Under the pieces are notes generated by a model, which worked only from the letters and a program-made list of their open reading frames with translations, was not told the origin of the DNA and made no database searches. Below, piece by piece: positions 37,326 to 50,718 of a stretch of 64,000 nt of DNA (position 1 is the first letter of the stretch; each line of letters opens with the position of its first letter). Source of the DNA: Mustelus asterias (taxonomy: Eukaryota); the NCBI RefSeq assembly GCF_964213995.1, contig NC_135814.1, positions 57,846,001-57,910,000 on the forward strand, written 5' to 3'. Made by a program: the position numbers and the translations under genes.

Positions 37326-39825
37326 AATATTTCACTGCATTCCGCAGCTAACTCGTCTCAAATCGTCTTTTCTGTCAGTATCTCCCCTTGCCTGCTTTTG
37401 TCGTTGGTATTTGACGCTAGCTGCTAGCAAAAAAGGACACTTTCCGCTGTATTCGCGCATTTCAGTCTTTTCCTGTAAAACTATGAGGAAGTCATTCGAC
37501 CCATGCTGGGATTTAGCAACCTGAGCACTCTCACAGACCTCTGACGTCTGTTTACAGTCTTTCATTTACCCTTCAGTTTTCGCTTTACTCCTTTTTTTTT
37601 AAGTCCCTTTATTGATCGAAAAAGTAGAAATGGAATACAACATTCAGCTGGTTACCATTCTGGGGAAGCGCCTTGAGCCGGGTAAGTGCTGTGTTTTGCT
37701 TACGCTCTGCTGTTGCAGATAACACTGCTGTACAGAGGAGGGAAGGGCGTTTGTTTCGTTGGTCGAGTTGCAGGCAACTGTTAGGGAGGTCGAGGAGCGT
37801 TCGACATGTATGAACAAGAGAAATTTGTAAACGGTACATTGGAACCGGGTCCGGGTGGTCATGTCAATTCAAAGGCTGACTGTAGCGCAGGTGAATTATA
37901 TATTTATATTCCGCGGTAGGACGGGGAATTGCGATTCGCGTCTATCTTTGATATGAAAGCTTCGCCACAAAGCAGCTGACATTCGCTCATATGATCCAAG
38001 GCGGAGATTAATCAGATTGCATAGTATACTCATGGGATAATGATTATTGTTATTACCAATAGGAATAGGAATTGTTGTTGCTATTTTGCGGGAGCGATAT
38101 CCGATCATTTGCTGGCGTCTGGGTTCCCTTTTTGCCAATGTGTGGTTTTTCCGCATTCAGTATCTTACGGACGAGGGCACTAGATGGACGCTTTTACGCT
38201 GAGGATTGATTGTAGGGATGAATGATGCACCTTGTGTTAATGATCCGAATAATCCCGTACAGTAATTACAGAAACGATCCGAATTTAGGAGAAATGTTTG
38301 GCCAACATTGTAATGATGACCAACCACGTGACAGAACTTTGCACAAATGAGTGGTACTTGCAATAATGACCCTGCAGTCGATATCACACTATGGTTTCAA
38401 TGTGCTAGTCATGATTCAGTTGCTATTTTAACTTGTGTTTTTTAATGCAAAAGTTTCAAATAATACCAGCCCACCCATCTGATGATTTATTTACTGCAAC
38501 AAGTTGTGCCCAAATTGGATTGCATATTATATATCTATATATATAAATACTAAGCTCTGCAAACTGGGAGTGTTTTTAATTCGGTAGAAACAGTTACATG
38601 TTAAGTGCTTTCACGATGCAAAGCATAACGGTCACTGGAAAAACACCGGCTTTCCTTGTTCCTATTTAGCTGTAACACCTTGCTGCAGAAATAATCACTT
38701 GTTAGCAAGAAATTAATTCATCAATAATTGTTTGTTGTTGTCATATTTTTTCAACGTATTTGTTTGTATGCATTTCCGGTGATTAAATGTTCCTAGAGGG
38801 TTGTTTAGGATTTTTGTAACTTAGCATCAGCGTGAGATAAGGGAGCTTGGAATTGCGTCCATTTGATATTGTCGTATCTGTCACATGACTGTGAATTCGA
38901 TCTTTCAGTATCTAGATTTTTTTTACTGGTAATAGATAAAAATGGCAATGCATTCGTTTGATCATCTGTGAGGCGTATGGTTATGACGGTGTTGATTCAT
39001 TTTTAGCATCTGAAATTCATTTGCAAATGAAAGAAATGTTTTAAAATGGCTGATCTGTATGTGTCTGCATTCGTCGCATAGACCAACTGGCATTTTGTCG
39101 AAGTGCCACAGGGACTGCTTACAATTAGATTATAAAGTGTTACTCGAATTAAATCAATGTGTAAAGATATCATAACATTTGCAATTAAATCGTGTTATTA
39201 TTTATAACATTGTAACTGTTTCGATATTACTTGTGGATTTTTTAGACCAGATCTACAAACAGAAATGTATTCATACCCAAAGTATATCAGGTTGGGAAAG
39301 CTAGTGTTGGTTGTCTTATTGAGAAAGCAGTTTAATCTTTACCTCAACTCTCACGCAACAATTGATAGCGATTGTGTTCATAGTATGTTTTCATATAATT
39401 CTCAAAGCATTGCCCATGTTCATTCCTATGTGTTCATGGCGAAGACAACGGTTCTTAAGCAGGATTTACTAATCAAGCTCTTGTCCGTTCAGTTAACGAG
39501 ATGACTATCTGTTTAGGTTTAATTTTCGATAAACTCAAACTGCGTACCTGGGCTTATGCGATTCCTATATTATGAGATTTTCAAAATATTTGCAAAGGCT
39601 GATTTGTGATTTTCATTTTTTTTCTTGACAATACATCATTTAATATAAACATACAAAAAAAGGAAAAATGAACGGAAAACATTATTATAAATAAATTAGA
39701 TCGGTGTCGTTACCACTTAAGTGACAGTTACAACTTTTAAGATCTAATTATTTAATATATGCTCTTCAATATCACGTAGCCAATAATTTTGCTAAAGGTG
39801 CTAAAATACTCAACAGGAACACCAC

Positions 39826-40721
39826 TATGTGTGTATATGTGTACGTTCATGTCTGTGTACATGTATATGTTTGTGTTTCTGTATTTTTATGTGTGTGTGT
39901 GTCTATGTGTGGCTGTATACCTGTGTGTTTATGTGTGTTTGCATGTTTGTGCATTTATGTGTGCATATATTTGCTTGCATGCATGTGTGTGCTCGTGTGT
40001 GTGTTTTTGTATGAGCATGTGTGTATGTATGTGTGTCTGTATGCATGTGTGTCTGAATGTATATGTGTGTTTTATGCGTGTGTGTATTTGTGTTTGTCTG
40101 TATGTATATCTGTGCCTGTATGTGTGTATTTATGTGTATGTTTGGTTGCATGTATATGTGTGTCAGCATGTGTGTGTATATCTGCTTACATGTTTGCCTG
40201 TATGTATATATATGTCAGGACGTCTGCATGTGTGTGAATGTATGTGTATGTGTGTGTTTATATGTGTGTCTGTGTGCATATGTGTGTCTGCTGTGTGTGT
40301 GCTTATGGGCCTATGTATGTCTGTCGGTATGTGTATGTGTGCCTGTAGATGTGCCTGTATATGTAAGTATGTGTGTGTGTCTGTCTGTATTTGTATACGT
40401 GCCTGTATGTGTATGTGTGTATGTGTATGTGTGCCTATATGTGGCGTTGTCTGTGTGTGTCTGTATGCATGTGTGACTGTATGTGAAATTATGTGTGTGT
40501 GTCTGTATGTATGTGTATGTGTGCCTGTATGTGTAAATATATGCATGTGCATCTGTATGAGTATGTGTGTCTGTATGTGAAATTATGTGTGTATGTGCAC
40601 CTATATGTGTAAGTATGAACGTGCATTTGTCTGTATGTATATGTGTGTCCATATGTGTATATGCGTCCGTATGTGTAAGTATGCACTTGTGTGGATATGT
40701 ATGTGTGCCTATATGTTTGTG
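39826..40721. repeat. About 900 bp degenerate (TG/TA)n low-complexity tract
   Basis: Near-continuous alternating TG/TA/CA. Contains an internal duplication of CTGTATGTGAAATTATGTGTGT (about 40477 and 40571). Confidence 0.95.
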
Positions 40722-43700
40722 AATAAATTGATTTACAATCAGTATCTAGCGGTCTATTTGGAACATTTAACCTGGACGATTTTGCTCACAATGTATCTTC
40801 TACACCGATAATGCTCAAATATAATTTCCAATTTCAATAGAATAATATGAAAATATAATATTATTTATTTAATGGAAACAACTTTTCAACTGAACATACA
40901 TTACAGAATGTAATCAGATCACCGCCAACGTTCAGCGCTTAAAAAAATACACTTTTTTCTAATCTTTATAACATTAGTTTACAAATATAAACAATTCTTC
41001 ATACAAAAACTCCACTAAAGATTTAATCTAGATTTTAACGGGAATAATCCGTTGGAATCCCAGAAACGGTTCGCTCTTCGCAGGGTTATCAAACAAACGA
41101 AATTCCAGACCATGGTCTTCTCAAGGATTTATTACAAGGGAGAACGCGCTGTAAAGTGAAAACACACAGAAAAATGATTGGTATGTGATGCACGCACCGA
41201 TTTCTTCATTTCACAGTGTGAATATGATCCACGATCTCTCCCCGAATAAGAGTAAAATATTTAAATCCTGGCCGTCCTATCGCAAAAGTTTCAAGGATAT
41301 AAACGCGCAGTGGCCCGGAAAAATACTTATATTTTTAAATCGCCAAAGTCAGCACTAGAAACCACACTATTCGATCGAATGTTCAGTAAGAGCGGCCTGA
41401 TTTGTTAATACAAGACAAAGACAATATTTCTTCCACCGACTGTCATGTTAGATTTACGAGCATCAGACAGAGTCACTTGGACAGTGTAGAAACCAGGTTC
41501 TGAGATCAAAATTATAAGAGAGGCCACACAAACCGCACCCCACAAAACAGAAATAAAACCAGACCTATAGAATGGCATTTTATCTCAAACGTACTTGTTA
41601 AAATATTACATTTTCTTGTACTTAAGCTGAACTCAGCGCAGCTGTAAGTTGGAACACATTATGGACCTAGAATCAGAAACCTTTCAATCGAGGCCTATGC
41701 GGTTCTGCACTGAAACTGTACGGCTGAAGCTTTCCCAGTTACTTCGGGTTCATGCAGTTCCAGGCAGTAGTTACACCTCGTGTGCTCCTAACGTGGGTCC
41801 TGATTATACAGATCCTCACTGCAACCGATTTTATTCGGAATCTGCTCAGACTTGAATTATTTTGTAACGCTTTATCCTCCAATTCTTAAAAACTCTGGTA
41901 ACAGAGATCGGGAAGGCGAGCACCAAAAATTTCCCTCGCTCCACGGCAGGAAAATATGTTTAAAAAAATCATTGCCAGAGCGTAATAATTAAATATTATT
42001 TTGTATGAGAAATATTCGTGCGTGGCGTGGCCACATAACCCGGGGGTTCATATTGTACAGACTGATACCCTTATTAAAGTGGTGAAAGGAACATTCTTTT
42101 TACATCAATGAAAATCAACAGACAAACAAATCTAAATATTTAGATGCAATCCACCTGTTTAAATATTACTGCGATCTTCGGCGAACTTTTGGCAAGGTCT
42201 TCAATCACATTAATACAGTCGATATTTGACATCACTACCCCTCGTTAACGACGCCTTTCCGGATCGCATTCTAGCATTCATACGCCGCTTATTAATCAAA
42301 CCGGGGAGGGGGGAGACAAATCTTGATTTCAAAAATTCCATTTATTGCTCTGTGAATTTCTTGCATTTCTAGCCGGCTCAAGCTGGCTCGATGTGTTTAA
42401 AGTGTAACTACCACTGTAGAGATCAAAAGTGCAGCAACTGCAAATGTAACATTCCTTTCCCAAATGTGCAAATATTTGCCGAAGGCTATCTTTCTAAAGA
42501 AATATTTTTAATGAGCACAACATATACATTGAATGTACATCAGGCCCCAGAGGTTGATACAATTGCCACGACCCCAACACAGTGCAAAACATTGATTGTA
42601 CAGAAGGAAACTCTTATTAAAATCCACGATTCATTGCGAGGTGAAAATAGAAATAGAATAGAAATCAGACACTCCGCTTAGCTTCTCGATGTGTCTGTCA
42701 GGACTGGTGGCAATGTCGACTCAACCAGTCACAGAGTAAAATACAAAGTTACTTTGTAATTATTTTCAAATATAAGTTACCGATGAGGGAATTTTCACAA
42801 TAACTTCACTGTAGTGTTAATGTAAGCCGATTCGTGACACGAATAAATAAACTTTAAAAACAGAGAGCACATATTTATGCAGAATTCCGAATTTATTGGA
42901 CAGGGTTCCGCCAAAGAAGGAATACATACGTGCGCATGAAAGCTAGTGGGGAATATCCTAGAGCTGATTTTAATGTACCATCTGTGAAGATATAAAATGA
43001 ATATATAAATAATTTCAACGCAGTTTTCTACGAATGCAATCCATTCCAATCATTCTGAGCCCTAGCGACCCGAAGAAAGTGGGGAGGCTGCCTTATGAGT
43101 CGTATGTTTGAATACGTTCTCTTTCTTAGAAAATAGCCTCCACGGCCTCGTTTCGCACAAAAGGGAATCTGAAAATCCCAAATCTTTTGATTAAAAGTCA
43201 GAATGGGATGTCTGCTATTTGAAGTAATTACTCCGAGTATGCATTATCTATTTCCAACTAGGCAGTCCGCCGAGGATCAAATTATTTATTTACAGGCAGC
43301 ATCGAACTAAGGGGTCAAGTACGCAGTTAATCCGAAGGAAAGGTGTTCTTATCAACTGAATTTTAAAAAGAGGGGTTAACAGTGTCACGAAATAAGTTGA
43401 ATTATTGTGCTAGAAGTTTTCATAATAAAAGCATTGGATAAACTTTTGAAGTTTTTAAGTGGTCGTATATTTCGTCAGCAAATGCCAATTCGGCGAGTTA
43501 ATTTGCACGTGTATTGTACACAAATATACACTTTAATGATATTACGAAACGGAATGTATGTATTTACAGAAACATTTTGCATCTGAGTTCCTATACATGT
43601 CGCCAGCTGCATAATTCATAATTTTAGATAACAGAAAGCAGCATCGAAACCCAGATATTATCATAGCTTAAACCGTGATCCCATTTAGAAATGAACCCGT

Positions 43701-43839
43701 TTCGAAAAATATTTAACAAACCGTGTGAACATTAAAGCCGCTTTTGGATTTGCTTTATTGATGTGAACCTGGCTTTCTTCATGTTTGCCAGCAGGAGGCG
43801 CTATAGGACCATGCTCGCTAAATCACAGCAAATATTCTC

Positions 43840-44046
43840 ACTGCATGAATTACCCCCAGGGTCAGGCATAAGAATTTACGACTGGTCAACAAAAACACGT
43901 GATCCAAACTTGTGTCCCATATTTGGTTGTATACGTAGAAGGCAGAGAAATGACATGTGCCTTTTATTTCCATATTTCATTATATATCGCGCGGTCTAGT
44001 GGCGAATAAACGTCTAAGAACCACAAATCAAACCCCTAAAAGGCAG
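43840..44046 (+). promoter_or_regulatory. HoxD5 proximal promoter / 5' UTR
   Basis: ATGAATTACC...ATTTACGACTGGTCAACAAAAACACGTGAT...CCATATTTGG (CArG-form, 43917-43926): the typical Hox5 upstream block. Confidence 0.75.
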
Positions 44047-44554
44047 ATGAGTTCCTACTTTTTAAACTCCTTCTCAGGTCGCTACCAAAATGGCCACGAT
44101 TATCAGTTGCAGAGTTATGGAAATGCAGCTTCTGTGGGCGAGCATTTTAGGGAGTCGACGATGCTGTCTGCCAGGTATGGCTATGATTACACCGGGATAG
44201 ACCTCAGCATGACTCGCTCTAACTCAAATCTTTGTGGAGACAGTGAAAGGTCTGCCAACTACCTGCAAACAGCCAATAACACCTTTCATAGCTCATCTGG
44301 GATGAAAATGAAGTCTCCTGATCCTGCCTTCTGCTCGGCATCTTTATTAAGCCCATCAGGCAGTGCTATTAAGACGGGGGCCACTGTCACAGAGTCCAAT
44401 CACTCATACAGCGGTGACCAGGACACTTCGCCGGTTAACGATGGACATCCTAAGGGGACGGACAGCCCCAAACCGGAAAGTGAGCAACTGGACAAGGATC
44501 AAGCCCTACAGATGCAGATATACCCATGGATGAAAAAGATGCACCTTAACCAAG
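44047..44554 (+). CDS. HoxD5: HoxD5 exon 1
   Basis: [21 protein letters not shown]...[12 protein letters not shown] (Hox5 N-terminus)...[13 protein letters not shown]; phase-1 donor G|GTACGA at 44555. Confidence 0.94.
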
Positions 44555-44916
44555 GTACGATATTTGGCTTTTTGATGCGTTTTAAATTTGATCGAATTGA
44601 TTTTCAGACTGAGAAATAAAATAGCAAGCATGAGCTAAATATTTGAGGACTACATGTCAAAATATGACAATTTGAATCATATCGGATTATCAGACTGTTG
44701 ATATTAATTATAACAGCAATTATGCCAGAGATTGCACCATGCTTTACACCATACCTCCTGAATGTGAACATTTGTAAATTATTTTAACACATCTATCCAA
44801 ATAATTGAAGATTTTATTCGAGAATTAAGCATGGATGTATTTGTCTGAAATTGTATAACTTCATAATTTCCATTGCATTGATGCGTGTAGTAACGCACCT
44901 TTTAACTTTTTCTTAA

Positions 44917-45168
<252 letters not shown>

Positions 45169-46694
45169 CTTCTTTCATCCAACTGGCTATATAAGATGAC
45201 TATCCAGATGATTTTTTTAAGTTGCAATAGGAGAGGTTGCTTGGCCACATTAAGTGCTCCTCAATGAGATGTTGTTCTCGTGTGGGTTCAACGTCTTGCT
45301 ATCAATTTATAAAGGCGAGAATACAATTTATCAGTTTGTCATCAACACATGTTAAATCATGCTTTTGGTATGTTGATGCTAACATCCATGTCTAAGTTTA
45401 GATTGTAGGAGAGTAAATCAGAGGTCAACAAACGTAATGTAGCCAAGCAAGCCACTTGTCTCAGAACAGAATGGACTTGTGCCATATATCTGGTTGGTGA
45501 ACAAACAAATTCTACACCGGATTATAGCTTCGCTAAGACTCTAATTTAAAAATGTTTTATAAACATAAATAAATATTGTTTCTTCATCTCTTTTTACAAT
45601 AAAAATGATTTTTTTGTTTGATTATTCCTTGGAATGTGTATGGCACGAGTGTTGCTGTGGTCCCAGGTCTATCTTGTTATGTATATTCTGTACATATATA
45701 ACGTTTAAGTGTCTGGCTTTGTCCTATGTACATGAAAGAAGTGATTTTTTTTGCCTACAACACTGAAATAAATTCAGATTTATCAATAAACATTTCACCT
45801 GGCGTTTTGTTTCGCTCTAATGGGAGTAAAAAGACAGTGACAATTGGTGACTTGTGAAAGAACCAAACGCCATTTCACTTTCTCACTTTGCATCTATTCC
45901 TTTGACAACCAGGTTCACCTAATACTAGCCCCAATGTTTCAAAGCGCATGAATGTTCCTTGGGCTGAACCGTCTTTGAACGTTTTCTGAATTTAAAAAGA
46001 AATATTATTATTGGTAAGAGCTGATGGCCGAGATTATACTTATTCCAATAACTTTATTTAAAAAAGGACATGAGTCATGCTTCAAAAACCTCAGCACCTA
46101 GACTACAGACACGGTAATTTTCAAAATATAGTTTGATAAACTGTTATTTGATAAAAGAAATAATACGAGTTTGCTATATTAACATAAATATTTGAACAAA
46201 TATACATCCATTGGTGGGATTTGATTGGAAGAGCTATGGAACTTATGAACGACTTGGTATTAGATTCCACTGCATGGAATAACTTACCAGCTTAACTGCA
46301 CTGAGGATACTTTTTTACCCAACGCTTTTGACTAAAGCTGTTGAAGCGACAGAAACAGGGAAACAAAGTCACAGGACTCCGTAACTGTTGAAAAAGCTTC
46401 TTGCTTCCTTTCCCAATCGACCAGTTTCTATTTCACTCTAGCGCAGAAGCTATCGCTCACGTATACATGTAATGTATTTACACTTACCAAATCTTATAGA
46501 TCCCAGTGGTTGCTTAAGAACTGCCCAAACTGCGTTTTAAAGTAAAGGCAACTTATTCTCCAAAGCACGTTTCCTCTTGGGACTCAAATGTTTAGCTTTA
46601 TATTACTGAGAGAACATTTCGATGAACATGACTGTCTTTAGTGAATAAAAGTTTTAAAGTTTAAGGGTTATTTATATGGACGCCACAGAGCCGA

Positions 46695-46941
46695 TTCCTG
46701 ACTGGCTATAGAGGGGCACGTGATGTCATTAAACTTTGTTTTATGGTTAGGGGAGTTGACAAGCCAAAATATAATTCACATCATATATTAGGTTAAGAGC
46801 AGACAAGTGCAGATGGGTTAGTGTTTTTGATAGGGCCTGTGGAAAGTGACACCAAGAAGCAAGCTGCCCTGTTCCACGGCTGTGCATTGGCAGTATCCTA
46901 GTGTCCTAGTCCCTTTACGCTGGAAAAGCAGCAAAGTAAGT
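46695..46941 (+). promoter_or_regulatory. Distal HoxD4/HoxD3-type promoter with candidate non-coding first exon
   Basis: GGCACGTGATGTCATTAAACTTTGTTTTATGG...GAGTTGACAAGCCAAAATATAATT (Hox5-Hox4 conserved block, recalled), followed by donor AAA|GTAAGT at 46936. Confidence 0.6.
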
Positions 46942-48938
46942 TCTTTCTAATCGGTTGCAGAGCTGGTGAATCCGTGACACCTGATGTCATTCGGGCCTCT
47001 TGGGCGCATGCACTATTTCCTTGGCCAGCCAAAAAGTAGAAAGCACGGTACGACGTGAGTTCAGTTTCAACAGATACCAGTTTTAGAAATATAATGTGTT
47101 CAGTTATGAAAATGATATTGTAATATTCGAAACAAATGATAAATTATACATGCTACTAAATTTCCTACGACAATTTCAAATGCTTAATCGTGAAGAATGT
47201 TGTGTGTCATAATGCTTTTAAACAGTGAAATGAAAAATTCAGAAATAAACCTAGTGTAAGTAGGGTGCTTTAAAAAAACAAGGAGCTTTCGTGCAGCTTG
47301 GTCACGTGTGTTAGATAAGTCACTTTATTCAGCGAGCTCTGAAAGGTATGTACTGCACAGCCCTCCCTAATATGTAACACTTCCATACGTTGAAAATCGA
47401 TTTTTAAAAAATTGAGGTCGGAGAACTAAGCAATGTGCAGGATACAAATTGTTTCTGTATAGTCTGCGAGTTTGATTGAAAAATACTTTGGGAGATATGA
47501 CCTAATTCAAGGAATAATACTGCAAGTTTAAAGAAGAATCAAACATTTCCAGCACATTCCTTGCTCAACCTGGATTAATTTGCTGAGGTTGCATAATAAC
47601 TTTCAGTTAATTTGTTCGGTTATAGGTATCAGGGTTTTGTTCAGAGTTGTGAACAATTTGGAATAGAAATATAGAACAATGGCGACCAATGTGCTGCTTA
47701 ATGCATTTTCATTTTCTCCAAGTATCTGCTGAAAAATATCTTCTTTTTTCAATAAAAGCAGTCAGAACACTCACTGCAGTTGGTGAGAACTAGTTCGGAA
47801 TTCCCATTTCAGTCCTTTTGTGTCCCGCAGATAGTGAGGCAAAAGGAAATGAACTAACCCTATTAATTGTTTTTTTTTGGTTACACATTGGTATAACTTA
47901 TGGGCTACATTCATGTTGCTGAAATTTGTAGAATGGTATGACAACGTTTCGGGGGGGGGGGGCGGACTATGAAATCTTAAACAGTGCGAAATGGGAACCA
48001 AGATGCCATATTAGTGCAAAAGAAAATGAATAAATACCAAACATGATAGGGGCAGGCTCTATCCAAGGAGCCCAGATGAAGAATGTTGACACTGACAACA
48101 GAAAATGTGAACAATGCATTCATACATAATTCGGATTTACTTTATAAAATAAAAATCCAGTACGTCCTGCCCTCTTTAGCCAACTTTAATGGAGAATTTA
48201 AGAGATAAACTTTTTAAGAAATGAAAAATAAAGATTTCGTAATTATTCGAAGTTAACGAGGCTGAGTAACACCACGAGATTTTTTTTCTCTGCTCTAAAT
48301 GTTCAAAAAAATCCGCATTTGAAAAGAATAGCAAACAGAACCTCAAGAAAAAAATACCTGCCAAGATATTCGAGAACATATTTGAGAGTGGGTAGCAGCC
48401 CACAGAGGACTTTCTTTTCATTAATGTCGCTTATCATTACAAATCGACGTTTTATGCATATAGATATATTTTAAAAGTGCACTGAATGGTCACGTTAACT
48501 CGTGAGAGGAGAAAATTTGTATTGTCAGACACGGCCAGAGTAATGTAAAACCAATATTGAAATTGTTGTTTACCTAGAATATGTGATATCACATGGGTTT
48601 CCTGTGCTTAAACAGTGTAAAATGAAATTAATGATGACATATCATAGGCCAAAAGCAAAATTCGCCGTATATAAATGATCGAATTTTTGTTTAAAGTGCT
48701 GCACCGTAAAAATACAGAGCTGCAGTTGTAATGGTAGCATAAATTATATTGTAGGTCGAATCTTTGTCTTTGAAAATAATATCATGTAGACCGCTTACCT
48801 GAACTTGCGAAGTTAAAAATATTTCAGTTACTTTAACATTAGTTTGGACCGGAAAGTAATTCCACTGATTTCCATCTTTATTGTGTGATTCGCTGAATCC
48901 GAACTGTTGAATCTAACTTCGATTTTATTTAATTGCAG

Positions 48939-48965
48939 ATCTCGCAGAATGGAAGAGGCTCTTCC
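48939..48965 (+). other. Candidate 27-nt micro-exon
   Basis: Branch-like CTAAC (48913), T-rich tract, TGCAG| acceptor and donor CC|GTAAGT at 48966. Confidence 0.45.
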
Positions 48966-50701
48966 GTAAGTAGCTGTGTGTTATTTCTTAAATGTGTGGC
49001 GAATAGTTGCGAGCGGATGTTAGTTTCGAATGTGGTCTATATGGAAAATGAGACGGTCACATTGTGGGCCTAAAGGGAGTGGTTACGTGGATTCTAACAG
49101 GATTCGAGTAACAATTGTGCACAACTTACTTTCTTCCTGACATTCTGCTCAATTTGTATAACTGCATGGGAGAAATTATGCTGTTACAGTCAGTTTCCCC
49201 GAAAGGCTTAGGATACGTCGAGGTACAGAGTAAAAGCAGTTAATGTTTTGTGTTTAACTGTGACGGTTTATATCCAGTCAGATTTAGTTGGGTTGTTATT
49301 TTGAACTGGTAATGTACTACACAGCGCCTCCCAGTGCAAGGCTGCATCTGTAAAAGGTCATTTGCAGGAAAATTATTGTTCCGGTTTCAAAAACATCTGT
49401 AAAATCGCTTTGTCGAATGACGTGTCGATAATTATAGCAGATATTTAAAGCGTACACTTATTGAGCCAACAGAAGCGTGTGGGCGAAAGCAAATGTTAAA
49501 GCTTTCCAGATATCACAGTCACTGTAAATATGTAGGCCAAAAATCAAGCCTTATGGCTGCCAGAGCATCAGATGAGCTATTCATTTAACTGAAGCACAGC
49601 TTTTCCTTTATTGGGTTATGTATTGGCTAGGCTTACCTTTTATGAAAAAAAAAATATTTGCAATGGTCCGCCAGGTCCTTGGTAGAATAATTAATCATTA
49701 GATGTTCATATTACTTATTGCAAAATTTCATTACTTTTTAAATTGAAGCATTATTAAAAAGTTTCTTGCATTTTGTTAACTATGAAAGATACAGTAAATA
49801 AAATACTCTATCAATAGGTTCATGAAGATAATACATTGAGACTATACATTTAAGGAAAAGTTAACAATATCGCAATACAATAAAGTAGCCAAAATCGCAC
49901 GTCAAATTAGACAGTTTCAAATCTTTATTGCAAAAGGGACAGTAAAACATCTTGAGTTGAATTACAATCTGGCTCTCGCAAGCCAGTACTAGAAATATTC
50001 TGTCCCCTCCACGCCAGAGACCGTCAATGTTTCTTTTCACCTTTGTCTGCTATTGCTCCTTCACCTCAGCTAATTATAAGCATTCATAAGGATATCAAAT
50101 GCAGACATTTACAGATACTAGTCTATATTTACCCATAATATCCGATTCTATTGCCCTCCGAGTAACGGCCTAATTATGCCACGAGATAAACGTCAAACAA
50201 GAACTCACTTTAAATAGATCCAGATAATGTTTAACCGGTATTGGCAAAGCAATGGGCCAGCGCAATGGATCCTTCGTGTCAGCACTAAGTTTTACAATGT
50301 GAATCTCTAGGCGTTGATAAGTAATCAAGGATAATTGCTACTGAAAAGCAAAACAGCCTTCCTTATGCTGAGTGGACTCCTGCAAGAAAGTGGCTTTCTG
50401 GGTCACTGGAAAGGTGAACTTTTTAAAAATTCAATTTTGTTTTTTAAATCGTTGTGTTTATACGCAGGAAGGCCCTGAGCAGGCTCATGGCAATAATAGC
50501 TTTCATTGAACAACTGAATCTATGAATAAATATAGGGTTCACTTCCCAAACACTTACTTTGCATTGACATTCTCTAGGTCAAAATCTGCTAGATCAAAAG
50601 TCGCAGCACTTGTGTGGGCAGTTAAAAAAGAGGTGAATTTTAATCGGGTTTGTTCATCAATAACTCTTTGGCATTGACCTGTCTGAACGAGTCGAGCAGT
50701 A

Positions 50702-50718
50702 AGGTGAAATGCAGGTCA
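50702..50718 (+). promoter_or_regulatory. HoxD4 5' retinoic acid response element (DR5)
   Basis: AGGTGA-aatgc-AGGTCA, matching the recalled mammalian Hoxd4 upstream RARE, about 3 kb before the ATG. Confidence 0.88.

Noticed and set aside
39789-40811. Long Cys/Val/Met- and His/Thr-rich ORFs (up to 263 aa) on both strands
   Set aside because: Translation artefacts of the TG/TA low-complexity tract; the same applies to 59050-59294.
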